A DNA stretch of 64,000 nt from Squalus acanthias (taxonomy: Eukaryota): contig CM059452.1 in assembly GCA_030390025.1 (NCBI GenBank), positions 7,502,001 through 7,566,000 on the forward strand, given 5' to 3'. This document shows, one piece after another, positions 49,265 to 62,205 of this stretch; within the stretch, counting starts at the first letter, position 1, and every line of letters begins with the position of its first letter. The notes below the pieces were generated by a model, which searched no databases, was not told where the DNA came from, and was given only the letters and a program-made list of their open reading frames with translations. The translations under genes and the position numbers were made by a program.

Positions 49265-52200
49265 ACAGAGGATACATATTGGAATAAATATAGTGAATTA
49301 TAAACAGAGAAAGGGTCTAGTGCAGTAATAACTGAGACAGGGTCTAGCGTAATATAATAATACACTAATTGAATGGCGGAGCAGGCTCGAGGGGCTAAAT
49401 GGCCTCCTCCTGTTCCTATGGCCCTATCACCTACCGTGAGGGCCTCTTCATGGCGGGAACATTTGCTTCAGCAGTAATTCCAACGCATAGAAAAAGGCGA
49501 GTTGCGCTTCACTGGCAAAATCGGGAATGAGGAAACATTTTGAGCCAAGGTTGTTCTTGGAGGAGTGACTCTTTACGAGTGGAAGAAGTGAGGACAGGGC
49601 TTTTCTCAATTTGTCTAGTGTAATATAAGCAGAGACAAGGTCTAGTGCAGTAATAACTGAGACAGGGTCTAGTGTAATATAGACAGAGACAGGGTCTAGT
49701 CCAGTATTAACTGAGACAGGGTCTAGTCCAGTATTAACCGAGACAGTGTCTAGTGTAATACAAACAGAGACAGGGTCTAGTGCAATATAAGTTAGAGATA
49801 TGGTCTTGTATAATAGTAACTGAAGCAGAGTTTAGGGCCTAAACAGATGAAGGCACGGCCGTCAATGGTGTGGCAAAGGGCGTGGGGTTGTATGAAAGGC
49901 CAGTTTTGTAATACGGCAGAAATCTCGTAGTGTTGTAGGGATGGAGGAGTTTACAGAAATATGGAGCAGCGAGGCCATGGTGGGCTTTTAGAACAAGTCT
50001 GGAGAATTTTAAAATCCAGGTGTTGCCGGACCGGGAACCAATGTAGGTCAGTAAGCACAGGGGCGATGGATGAACGGGACTTGGTGTCAGTTGGGATGCG
50101 GGCAGCAGAGTTTTGGATTCGCTGAAATTGATGGAGTTTAGTATTATAACCGCTGGGCTGGTTGGCCCACTGTTAGAGTGTGTGTGCAGTGATTGTCGTC
50201 TCATTAAAAGAGCTTTACTGGAGGAAGATGGAAAGACTGATTCCTCTGCTCGAGGAGTCTGTAACGAAAGGTCATCAGATTACAATTGTCAATAAAAGAG
50301 AGAGAGGTCAGGAGATATCTGTATAGGGGGTTGTTGGAGCATTGGAATACTTAGCCACATAGAATGGCCGAGGCAGAGAATATAAAAGGATGCAGTAGTG
50401 TAGTGGTAATGTTACTGGATTAGCAATCCCGAGGCCTGGGCTGATAATTCATCAATTAAAATCCCACCATGGCATTTCAATTTTTAAAAGCTGGAAATAA
50501 ATAATCTGGTGTCAGTGAGACTGATCATGAAACTATGGGATTGTGGTAAAACCCCAACTGGTTCAATAATGTCCCTTTGGGGAAAGAACCCTGCCGTCGA
50601 CATCTGGTCTGTCCTATATACGACTGTAGTCCTACACCAGCGTGGTTGACCCTTAACTGCCCTTTGAAGTGGTCTCGCAGGCCCCTCAGTTGTATGAAAC
50701 TTTTGGAAAGAGCAGAACTGCAGTGGTTGAAGAGGAAGACCACCCACCACCCCCTCAAGGGGCAACTAGGGGATGGGCAGTCAATACCGGCCTTGTCGGG
50801 GTGCCCACATCTCGGGAATTAATAAGAATTGGAAACTGTTAACAGGCAGTGGCATACATTTCTGATTGCTGCCAGAGATTGATGGGTCGATGTTTGTAGG
50901 AAAGGGTATTAAGGGTAAGGGAAACAAGGCGGGTGGATGAAGTTCTTATGCAGATCAGCCATGATCTAACTGAATGGCGGAATAGTCTCGAGGGGCTGAA
51001 TGTCCTCCTGTGTTCCTCTGTTCCTACTGCTTTATTAATATTGGATACAGAAATAAACAAGATCGAGATTGTCTTTTTTGCATGGACTGGTTGGCCCGAA
51101 TGGCCTGTTTCTGTGCTGTATATTCTATGTAAATATGACGCGGCAAAAGATACATTTCATGGTTAGAAAACATGATTTACATAGAGCGAGGTGAGAATGT
51201 GGAATTCTCTGCCAGAAAGTATATTTGACTCCGACTCTTGTGGAGGAGTGAAGCGATTTGGGATTCCAGGTACTTTCCAGATCATATCAATTCGTGGTCA
51301 ATAATAACAATAGGCTCTGGTTACACAATGATCGACACAACTCTCTGTCTATCTGTCTGTTTATGACACATTGAGGAAACATTGTGGATGGAAGAATTCT
51401 TCTCCTTCTCCTTCGGACTACACCGTGAGATTGGACCATGTCACAGTCTCCCGCTACCTAACACCTGCAGTTTATGTGTCGGCTCTTGCCCGAAATACAC
51501 CAGCGGGTGCGGTGTTAAAACACTGAAGTATTTCCTGGAATCCCCGGCTGTCACCTGTGGAACCCTTAAACTGACCGCTCGATAAATTTTGGCCAAAGAA
51601 GAGGTGAAGTTGAATTTATAACAGTAATTTTAGTCATTCCGCCCTTAATTCCTCCTGATCCATTGCCCCTCTTCTGGTTCGCCTGAGAAACTCCTCTGGG
51701 TGAACGTAACTCGGTAAATGCGGAATTATGAATCATGTTTAATAAACTCAGGGGCCTGTAGTAGATGTTGTTCATCAGCAGGTGGCGACAGTGATCTTAT
51801 TGAAACATGAATCCTGCAGAGGCCGATGTTGCTGTGCCCACAAGTCACTGTCAGAACAAGTAATATCATTGCTATCAATATTGATAATACTCAGATTACT
51901 GCTCAGTCCAATTTTAAGAGAGCATGTACCCTTGGACATAATCTGAAGGAGAAATAAATATTGCATTTATTTCAATCCACACATTAGGAAGGATGTCAAA
52001 GTCTTGGATAGGGTGCAGAGGAGATTTACTAGAATTGTACCAGGGATGAGGGAATTCAGTTATGTGGAGAGACTGGAGAAGATGGGATTGTTCTCCTTAG
52101 AGCAGAGAAGTTTAAATGGAATTTAATAGAAGTGTTCAAAATCATGAAGGGTTTTGATAGAGCTGACAGTGAGATATGTTTCCACTGGCAGGAGTGTCGG

Positions 52201-53274
52201 TAAGCAGAGGATACAGAATTAAGATAATTGCCAAAAACACAGCGGGGAAATGAGGATTTATTTTATGCAGCGAGTTGTTATGATTTGGATTGCACTGCCT
52301 GAAAGGGTGGCGGAAGCAGATACAACAGTATCTTTCAAAAGGGAATTGGATAAATACTTGAAAGGAAACATTTACAGGGCTTTGGAGACAGAACAAGAGA
52401 GTGGAAGTAATAGGATAGCTCACTCAAAGAGCTGGAACAGGCACAGGCACGATGGGCCGAATGGCCTCCTTCTGTGACGTAAGATCCCATGATTCAGTAA
52501 ATTTAAATTGCACGAATCAAAAGTTTTGTAATTGTATTGTTGAAGTTACTATTTGTGATATTGGTATATGGACGCTGAATATCAAAAATATTAACCGGTA
52601 TTATTTTAAAATAGTTTTGCTGAACTTTCTTTGCGCAAATATCACCTAAACCCATTAAGCATTTTAGTAACAGCTTGGCTAAAGTGACTTTATTCTGGTT
52701 TCAGCATCAGTAGATTGTAGACTTCACATCAACTTCAGAACCTAAGCACATTAACTAGGCGTCCAATCGGTGCCGCACTAAAAGGGAACGACCTCTGCTT
52801 TGCGAATAGTGTCTCTCCGCCCGCCGCACCTTGTCTGTTGAGGTGAACATTAAAGCTCCCAGTTGCCCAGACTGTGTCAGGATCAAAATTCCTCACTTCA
52901 ACCAAGTTCAACAGAAACACAATAACAGGAATCGAGCCACTTTGCTCTTTTGCTGATCTTTCTGTGCGCGAATCGGCCACGTTCACGTGCAATTAGTTGC
53001 ACTTTAAATCCTTCGGGAACTCCCGTAGAATGTGATGAGGTGGTCCTTGAATGAAAGATTTTTCTTGATACATTAATATCAGAAACAGTAACTGACATCT
53101 TAATTTTCCCCTAATACAAAAAGAAAATACTGCAGATGCTGGAAATCTGAAATAAAAACAGAAAATATTTCTCTCTTCACAGATGCTGCCTGACCTGCTA
53201 TTTTCCCAATAGGAGCAATGGCATCGTTTTGCCACCGAGTGGCAGCAAAAGCTCGATTGTTTATCTTCCACTAA

Positions 53275-55610
53275 ACAGGCTCTGCCTCAGTTATTACTGC
53301 ACTAGAACCTGTCACTCTTTATATTACACTAGACCCTGTCTCAGTTATTACTGCACTAGAACCTGTCACTCTTTATATTGCAACAGATCCTGTCTCAGTT
53401 ATTACTGAAAAAGACCCTGTCACTGTTTATATTACACTAGGCCCTGTCTCAGTTATTACTGCACTAGACCCTGTCTCTGCTTATATTACACTAGATCCTG
53501 TCTCTGTTATTACTGCACTAGAACCTGTCACTCTTTATATTGCAATAGATCCTGTCTCAGTTATTACTGAAAAAGACCCTGTCACTCTTTATATTGCAAT
53601 AGATCCTGTCTCAGTTATTACTGAAAAAGACCCTGTCACTGTTTATATTACACTAGGCCCTGTCTCAGTTATTACTGCACTAGACCCTGTCTCTGTTTAT
53701 ATTACACTAGATTCTGTCTCTGTTTATATTACACTAGACCCTGTCTCTGTTTGTATTACACTAGACCGTGTCACTGTTTATATTAAACTAGGCCCTGTCA
53801 CTCTTTATATTACACTAGATCCTGTCTCAGTTATTACTGCACTAGACCCTGTCTCTGCTTATATTACACGAGATCCTGTCTCTGTTATTACTGCACTAGA
53901 ACCTGTCACTCTTTATATTGCAATAGATCCTGTCTCAGTTATTACTGAAAAAGTCCCTGTCACTCTTTATATTGCAATAGACCCTGTCTCAGTTATTACT
54001 GAAAAAGACCCTGTCACTGTTTATATTACACTAGGCCCTATCTCAGTTATTACTGCACTAGACCCTGTCTCTGTTTATATTACACTAGATTCTGTCTCTG
54101 TTTATATTACACTAGACCCTGTCTCTGTTTGTATTACACTAGACCGTGTCACTGTTTATATTAAACTAGGCCCTGTCACTCTTTATATTACACTAGATCC
54201 TGTCTCAGTTATTACTGCACTAGACCCTGTCTCTGCTTATATTACACTAGATCCTGTCTCTGTTATTACTGCACTAGAACCTGTCACTCTTTATATTGCA
54301 ATAGATCCTGTCTCAGTTATTACTGAAAAAGTCCCTGTCACTCTTTATATTGCAATAGATCCTGTCTCAGTTATTACTGAAAAAGACCCTGTCACTGTTT
54401 ATATTACACTAGGCCCTATCTCAGTTATTACTGCACTAGACCCTGTCTCTGTTTATATTACACTAGACCGTGTCACTGTTTATATTAAACTAGGCCCTGT
54501 CTCTGTTTATATAACACTAGACCGTGTCACTGTTTATATTAAACTAGGCCCTGTCACTCTTTATATTACACTAGATCCTGTCTCAGTTATTACTGCACTA
54601 GACCCTGTCTCTGCTTATATTACACTAGATCCTGTCTCTGTTAATATTACACTAGACCCTGTCTCTGTTTATATTACAGTAGGCCCTGTCTCTGTTAATA
54701 TTACACTAGACCGTGTCACTGTTTATGTTAAACTAGGCCCTGTCTCTGTTTATATTACACTAGGCCCTGCCTCTGTTTATATTACACTAGACCCTGTCTC
54801 TGTTTATATTACACTAGATCCTGTCTCTGTTTATATTACACTAGGCCCTGTATCTTTTTATATTACACGCGGCCCTGTCTCTGGTTATATTACACTAGGC
54901 CCTGCCTCTGTTTATGTTACATTAGACCCTGTCTCTGTTTATATTACGCTAGACCCATTCTCTGTTTAAATTACACTAGACCCTCTCTCTGTTTATATCA
55001 CACTAGACCCTGTGTCTGTTTATATTACACTAGATCCTGTCTCTGTTTATATTACACTAGACCCTGTCTCTGTTTATATTAAACTAGGCCCTGTCTCTGT
55101 TTATATTAATCTAGGCCCTGTCTCTGTTTATATTACACTAGACCTTGTCTCAGTTATTACTGCACTAGACCCTGTCTCTGTTTATATTACACTCGACCCT
55201 GCCTCTGTTTATATTACACTAGACCCTGCCTCTGTTTATATTACACTAGACCCTATCTCTGTTTATATTACACTAGGCCCTGCCTCTCTTTATATTACAC
55301 TAGACCCTGTCTCTGTTTATATTAAACTAGGCCCTGTCACTGTTTATATTAATCTAGGCCCTGTCTCTGTTTATATTACACTAGAACTTGTCTCAGTTAT
55401 TACTGCACTAGACCCTGTCTCTGTTCATATTACACTCGGCTCTGCCTCTGTTTATATTACACTATACCCTGTCTCTGTTTATATTACACTAGACCCTGTC
55501 TCTGTTTATATTACACTAGGCCCTGCCTCTCTTTATATTACACTAGGCCCTGCCTCTCTTTATATTACACTAGACCCTGTCTCTGTTTATATTGCACTAG
55601 GCCCTTTCTC
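53275..55610 (+). repeat. 27-bp minisatellite, distal copy
   Basis: Same unit as 33590-38025; source of the VYITLDPVS pseudo-ORF. Confidence 0.96.
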
Positions 55611-56619
55611 AGCTATCGTTTTTCTAGACCAGATCTCTGCTGGATGGATAGACCGGTATTAATGTAAATAAAGATATATGTGTGAGTGGGCATGCAAACA
55701 TTTATGGTTGGAAGCATACCTTTACTGTTGTTGATCAGTATCAGGACCAGTGTGCAATTTCTAATTGATCTGGTATTTTGTCGGTAATATTTGTGTTGAA
55801 CGGATGGCGTGAATCTTGTAACAATCTGCCAGAGATGAACTGCGATTGAGGGGCAGAACTAAAGGTGAGCAATAGTGCACAGCCCTTTGCCCTATTTAGT
55901 AACAAACTCCGTTGTGTTAAAGTTTACTAATTCACACTTGTGTTGGAATGTGCCAATTGCTCACAATCTTTTTACTGTTAAGGATTTCTTTCCTGCAGTA
56001 TTTTCTATTTAGCTTTCACGTCACACACTGATTGTGTGACATCACCTGGAATCGTGACCTCACAGCACCGCCGGATGGGCGGCTGCAGGGTCCTAATGTC
56101 CACCGAATCATTAACCATCTGGTTAAGTGGAACAACTGAAAAGATCACACACAGAGTGTTTGATATATGTGTGAGTGTCAGTGTGAGTGTACGAAATACA
56201 TCATTTTTGATGTTTGCAAGTGCATTCTGCAAGGATAAATGATTATCTTCACAATTATTTTTGAACATTTTCTTTTATTCAGAATGTAATTGCAAGTTGC
56301 TTAATATCTTTTATATTTATTTATAACCGATTCTCTTGAGTGCTCTTGTTTAGAAAGCGATGTCACTGACCATTCCGTTACGAAGTCAAGCATGACTGTC
56401 CGCAGTATTCAGTTGGAAAGGGGATTAAATCACACCGAGGATATTGAGCAGCTACCCACCAGTCTCTGCGCTTTATTGTCCAGTGATCACCTCAGCATCT
56501 CTCAGAATCTCCTGATATGCACCTCGAGAGTGTGATGATTGGTGTAAGTGATGGTAAAAATGAAATTGTACCTGACATGGGGTTCATAAATTTTTAATTA
56601 TCTGACTATTATTTCTCTC

Positions 56620-57010
56620 ATTACACGAGGCCCTGTCTCAGTTTATATTACACTAGACCATGTCGCAGTTTATATTACAGTAGTCCCTGTCTCTGTTTAT
56701 ATTACACTAGACCCTGTCTCTGTTTATATTACACTAGACCCTGTCTCTGTTTATATTACACTAGACCCTGTCTCAGTTTATATTACACTAGACCATGTCT
56801 CAGTTTATATTACTCTAGTCCCTGTCTCAGTTATTACTGCACTAGCCCCTGTCTCTGTTTATATTACACTAGGCCCTGTTTCAGTTTATATTACACCAGA
56901 CCCTGTCTCCGTTATTACTGTACTAGACCCTGCCTCAGTTTATATTACACTAGTTGCTGTTTCAGTAATTATTGCACTAGGCCCTGCCTTATTTGTTACA
57001 GCCCATGACT
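56620..57010 (+). repeat. 27-bp minisatellite, short block
   Basis: Same unit. Confidence 0.9.
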
Positions 57011-57043
57011 TTGTTTATATTATAAAAGGCCTTATCTCAGGTA

Positions 57044-58095
57044 ACATAAGAACATAATAAATAGGAGCAGGAGTAGACCATTCGGCTCCATGAGCCAGCT
57101 CCGCCATTCAATAAAACCATTACTGATCCTCCACCTCAACTCCACTTTCCTGCACTATCCCCATTTACCTTGATTCCTTTAACATCCAAAAATCTATTGA
57201 CTTCTACCTTAAATATATTCAACGACTGAGCCTCCACAGCCCTCTGGGGTAGAGAATTCCAAAGATTCACAACCCTCTGTGTGAAGACATGTCCCCCACA
57301 TCTCAGTCCTAAATGGCCGACCCCTTATTCTGAGACTGTCACCCCTGGTTCTAGACATCCTAGCCAGGAGAAGCATCCTCCCTGCATCTAACCTGTCGAG
57401 CCCTGTAAGAATTTTGTATGTTTCAATGAGATCACCTCTCATTCTTCTAAAATCTAGAGAATATAGGCCTAGTCTACTCAATCTCTCCTCATAGGACAAT
57501 CCTCCCATCCCATAAATCAGTCTGGTGAACCATCGTTGGACTCTCTCTATGGCAAGTATATCCTTCCTTAGGTAAAGAGACCGAAACTGCAGGATGCAGG
57601 GTGTCCTTGAAGCGTTTCCTCTGCCCACCTGGGGCTCTCTTGCCATGTAGGCAGCAAAGACTTCAGTTACGTGGAGAGACTAGAGAAACTGGTTTTGTTC
57701 TCAATAGAGCAGAGAAAGTTGAGAGGACATTTAATAGAAGTGTTCAAAATTATAAGGAGTTTTGATAGAGTAGCTAGGGAGAAATTGTTTCCACTGACGC
57801 AAGGGTCGGTAACTGGAGGAAACAGATTTAAGATAATTTGCAAAAACAACAGAAGGGAGAGGAGGACAAATTTGTTCAGGCACTCAGTCGTTATGATCTG
57901 TAACGCACTGTCTGGGAGGGTGGTGGAAGCAGAATCAATAATAACTTTCAAAAGAGAATTGGATATATACTTGAAAAGCAAAAATGTGCAGGGCTATGGG
58001 TAAAAAATCGGGGAACTGGACTAATCGGACAGTTCTTTCAATGAGCCGGCACAGACACCATGACCTCCTTCTGTGCTGTATAATTCAATGATTCA
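57044..58095. mobile_element. Two divergent CR1 3' fragments (57044-57590 minus; 57660-58095 plus)
   Basis: ERVQRWFTRLI..LSYEERLSRLGLYSL..RGDLIETYKI and ERLEKL.LFSIEQRKLRGHLIEVFKII. Confidence 0.88.
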
Positions 58096-58174
58096 GCCCA
58101 CAGGAATTGCACTCGGTGCTGCAGCTCTCTCTGACCGCACTGAAACTCATCCTCCGCCAAAACAGACCGCAGGT

Positions 58175-58213
58175 AGCTTTTGTACGAGAGGAGAACTAGG
58201 TCATATCTCTGTG
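58175..58213 (-). other. 23-bp-spacer RSS of the TCR V pseudogene
   Basis: CACAGAG - 23 nt - ACAAAAGCT. Confidence 0.85.
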
Positions 58214-58678
58214 TCGGAGCGATGGGGCAAATCCACAGATGTACAGCGCCGTGTTTCTCAGCTGGAGATCAGTGACGGTTAAAATAGACACTTCTGAACA
58301 TGTCTTTAATTCAGAATTGAAGCGATTCCCAATATTTTTTGCTTTTCCCCAACTGTTGCCGGAACTTCTCCACACGATCATCTCCGGGGGTGTATCGGGA
58401 TACTTTCGGTATCAGTACAGGTCGTACCAGCCTGCTGTTGCCGAATAGCTACATTGCGCCCTGAAAGTCTGTCCTATTTTCAGGACTGCAGCCGACCAAT
58501 CCTGAGACACAATCTCCCTGACTCAGATCTGGTGGAAAGACTGAAAGTATTGATTGGATGTTAATTGTGGGTTTACAATCAAACTTTGTTAAACGTAGCT
58601 TTGTACTATATCATCCTTTAAAGATTTACTAAATGCTAAGCAGGTGAGTGTAGTCAAAAGGGTGAATTTGAAATGCAT
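58214..58678 (-). pseudogene. TCR alpha/delta-type V pseudogene (leader 58630-58678, V exon 58214-58528)
   Basis: Leader MHFKFTLLTTLTCLAF|gtaaat; V: ..QDWSAAVLKIGQTFRAQCSYS..DLY*YRKYPDTPPEMIVW..RFNSELK..LTVTDLQLRNTALYIC; frameshift near the exon start and TGA (58412-58414) at the invariant Trp. Confidence 0.85.
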
Positions 58679-60169
58679 GGTCTCCAACAATCCCCGCCAC
58701 TGTGGGCCTCTCCGGGTCGAGCTGATTTCCAATACTCTCTCCTTTGCTGGGAAGCTGATCCAGTTTTTGCACTGAGCAGCTCGCGGCAATATTCCTCAAT
58801 GACAAATCACGTGCTCCAGTTTAAACCAATCGGAACCGTCCGTGAACGGTCCTTGCGATGATTGGATATATGAGAGAGAGAGACCAATGTTTGATTGGAT
58901 AAATAGAAGTGGCGTGTTAATTCATTCTCGGGCTGCAGGTGTCGCTGGCGAGGCCGCCTTTATTGCTGGTCCCCCGTTGTCCTGAAATGGTGAGTCCAGT
59001 CCAATCCCACACCAATGTGGTTGACTCTTAGCTGCCTTATGAAGTGGCCCAGCAAGACCGCCAGTTGTATCATTGCAAGTAGAACTGGAAAGTACATGCC
59101 AGTCTTGCCAGCGACGTCCACATGAATTAAAAACATGAATTAAAAAATGATCCTGAACCAATTCAACACGTGACCGACATCACCTCACACTGATCATTGT
59201 ATCCGCTCCCCTTCCTTCACCGTCAGTGGTCGTTCATTAAAGGTATATAGAATTCTCGGTGTCACCACCTTGGTTTTTAAATAAATATTGTACCAATTTG
59301 GTGAATTGACGGTTCCTCTGTGTTTCAGATCGTCACATCAGGAGTTGGTTTTGATCGAACCCCTTCCCATTGCAATAATTTCCGGCAGCCAACTGCTTCC
59401 TCATATTCAGTTGACAAACTCCATCTGAAGCTAAGGCGGCGACTTCACTGAGCGGAAGGGTGGAGTCCCGCGTTCCCTTGGTGGCTGGCCCAAACATTGC
59501 ACGCGGTGCTGCGGGACAGATTCTTAAGAAAATGCCAGATGACACGAAGAAAGGTGAATTTCGCCGTGTTCTGGCAATTAGAGCTTAACCAAGAAATAAA
59601 CTGCGCTTGATAGATAAGGTGATGCTAGCAACACGAATAAAACAAGTTTCAAAATTTAGATTAATCAAAATAACGATGATAGGTGGTTTATTCAGAAACA
59701 AATCAGTCTAAATATGTAACTCAGTTATTACTTGACCGCACATCAGAAGCGCTTAGGGGAATCTGAACACAATGAATAAGACTTTATGTAAATACAAATT
59801 TTTGATCATATTTCCTGCAGACATTCAGCGCGTTCCCTCGGTGTTATAGACCTGCCGCTGGGTTTGCCTGGTGTGTACAGCTCCTTGAACGGCTGGAACA
59901 CAATCTCAAATTGTTTGGGCAGTGTTTCTGCCGCAATATCTTTAATTTATGAACTGGTATAAATTCTCTAAACACATCTTTTCATTATGCTCAGGATGTA
60001 TTCAACCCAGAAGCACCAGAGGAAAGTTTCCCCAATGCTTATCAGTTGCTCCCTGCTTGCTGTTTATTTGGGTATATTTTAAATCAGCACCTTCTGGTCA
60101 CAAGTTTAGAAAGTCCCCGTTTCTCTCCACACTGCCCGCTATCCCGCTGACCTTGTTATGTTCCAGCAG

Positions 60170-60208
60170 TGTTTTTGTACGAGGCTCCCTCTGGTTCCTG
60201 TCACTGTG
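60170..60208 (-). other. 23-bp-spacer RSS
   Basis: CACAGTG - 23 nt - ACAAAAACA. Confidence 0.95.
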
Positions 60209-60733
60209 TCTCTCAGCCCGCAGCCCGCAGTGATACACCGCGCTGTCAGACAGCCGCAGGCCGCCGATGGTGAATTTCCCTTCACTTTTCGAAGTGTCGA
60301 GAGATGCTGAAAATCGAGCCCCCGCCCCCTCTGCTTTGGAAACATCCCCACCAGAAGGGATGTAGATCAAGAATGTGGGGCCTTTGTCCCGGTCCTGACG
60401 GTACAGTTGTAAGAAATAGAAAGTAGCAGTGGTCGAATAATTGCAATTGATGGTCACCGAGTCTCCTTCAAACTGCATCGCTGTAACCGGCCCCTGTGAG
60501 ACCGAGTCCGCACCACTGACACCTGCAGAAATTTAGAAATACAGAACTGTAAGCTCTCACTGTCATTTAATTATAACTAATATAATAAAGGAATGCATGG
60601 CAAGTATAGAGAAACACAGTTAAAAGATTCTCTATGTTAGTGACACCTGCAAGAGGAAGTTTGTGTAACTTGTGAACTTACCATTTAATAGAGCTGCAGC
60701 TGTGAGGACTGAGTAAAAAGTCCCACCCAACAT
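60209..60733 (-). CDS. TRAV: TCR alpha/delta V gene (leader 60682-60733, V exon 60209-60522), open but lacking the invariant Trp
   Basis: MLGGTFYSVLTAAALLN|GVSGADSVSQGPVTAMQFEGDSVTINCNYSTT..FLQLYRQDRDKGPTFLIYI..RFSASLD..FTIGGLRLSDSAVYHCGLR; GT-AG intron; 23-RSS. Confidence 0.9.
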
Positions 60734-60861
60734 GTTTGCAGAGAGTTGATGGCGGATTTGAACAGAACGGGTTGAACATGTAATTGTTTTAGTCAAAAGT
60801 TGGGAAGATATTGAGTAATATCCGGTCTCTCTGCCGATTGGTTCATTCCTGACAGATTCAA

Positions 60862-60986
60862 CAGGTGACATCCAATCAACTCAGGGGTCCTTTGTTCTCC
60901 AATTCATCCAATCAGCTCACAGTTCCTTTGTTCTCCCAATCATCCAATCATCTCACAGCTCCTTTGTTCTCCAACTCATGACGTCA
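60862..60986. promoter_or_regulatory. Putative TCR V promoter: E-box, 3 x 36-bp CCAAT/CCTTTGTT units, perfect CRE
   Basis: caggtg at 60862; units at 60871, 60907, 60943; TGACGTCA at 60979-60986; 130-250 nt upstream of the ATG. Confidence 0.65.
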
Positions 60987-61342
60987 GAGCGGGGAGCGGG
61001 GAACGGAGTGAAATTGTTCTCCTCACAACAGAGAACTGGACGGGGATTAAACCCAATGTTCGCCCTTTAACAGGGGCAGTGTGTGCGTTGGGAGCAGTGA
61101 AGGGAAATGGTTATCTTGTTTAGTATAAGTGCCGGAGGGTCCCGTTAAAACATCTGCTCACGGACCATGTGAACTACCCACAGCCGATATAAATGGGGAT
61201 ATTATATAGAATTACACTGTGCACAGCACAGAAACAAGCCATTCAGCCAAACTCGTCTTTATAATTTGGTTTCCGTTCTATTATCTGATCATAATCCAGG
61301 TCACAGATCTGATTCATTGAGAGGAGGTGAGAGTCCTTTGCT

Positions 61343-61381
61343 AGTTTTTGTACGGACTGACTGCGCCCCTGTAACAGTGTG
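61343..61381 (-). other. 23-bp-spacer RSS
   Basis: CACACTG - 23 nt - ACAAAAACT. Confidence 0.9.
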
Positions 61382-61821
61382 GGGCGCTCAGCGCACATAA
61401 ATACACGGCAGAGTCAGAGATGAGCGCTCCGGAGACATTTAAAGGAACCGTTTTGTTGTCTTGGTCCAAATCAGCAGAGAACCGTTCTGGGGTATCTGGA
61501 GCCTTTTCTCCGGACACCGAGCTATATCGCTTCAGTAAATATCTCGGAGCTTCCCCGGGATACTGGATGTACCAGAAGAGGGTTGAGCCAGTGTACTCTG
61601 CCGAGTAACGACAGTTCAGTATTATGGTCTGTCCTTCCTGAGCGGTTAATTCTGGCGGATCCTGAAATACTGCGTCTTTTCCACTCGTACCTGTAACAAA
61701 ATACAGAATGTGTGAAAAGCCTGGCAGTGAATACAACCCATGGAACACACACTGGCCATTTAAACATAGACTCACTGGGCAGCACGACCATTATTATTAG
61801 TAAAGAACACGGGGAGCACAT
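61382..61821 (-). CDS. TRAV: TCR alpha/delta V gene, apparently functional (leader 61776-61821, V exon 61382-61690)
   Basis: MCSPCSLLIIMVVLP|STSGKDAVFQDPPELTAQEGQTIILNCRYS..TLFWYIQYPGEAPRYLLKR..ERFSADLD..VPLNVSGALISDSAVYLCALS; GT-AG intron; 23-RSS. Confidence 0.93.
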
Positions 61822-62205
61822 GATGTCTGGTTTAGAGTTCGACAGAAAATAACAGAATGTTCTAAACATGTGCGATATTAAAGATTAAACCCAGATCAGG
61901 ATCAGGCTTCACTTATTGAGAAACTGAGGGGCGTTTCCCAGGACATGATTGGCTGGTCTCTCAGAACTGTCTTCATCTTTGCACCAATGAGTGTTATTTG
62001 TGTCCAATTACTGCAGGATCTCTTCAAACTCTTTCCTTGCCTGTCTGTGTGTGTCATTATCTCTCTCTATATATATGTCTATTTAACTCGGTGTCTCTAT
62101 CTGAGTCACGGTTTCTCTCTCCCTCTCTCTCTCTGTCTTTTCCTTTCATTCTATCTCTGTCGCTCTCTAACTAAGGTGAAATGTGAAGAAATTCCAGAAG
62201 TCGTT

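Larger units (their letters stand above)
38666..55833. repeat. Segmental tandem duplication, distal copy
   Basis: Paralogous to 19578..38253, with substitutions and private indels. Confidence 0.93.

Noticed and set aside
33546-55662. Cys/Tyr-rich ORFs (PCLCLYYTR)n and (VYITLDPVS)n
   Set aside because: Translations of the 27-bp minisatellite.
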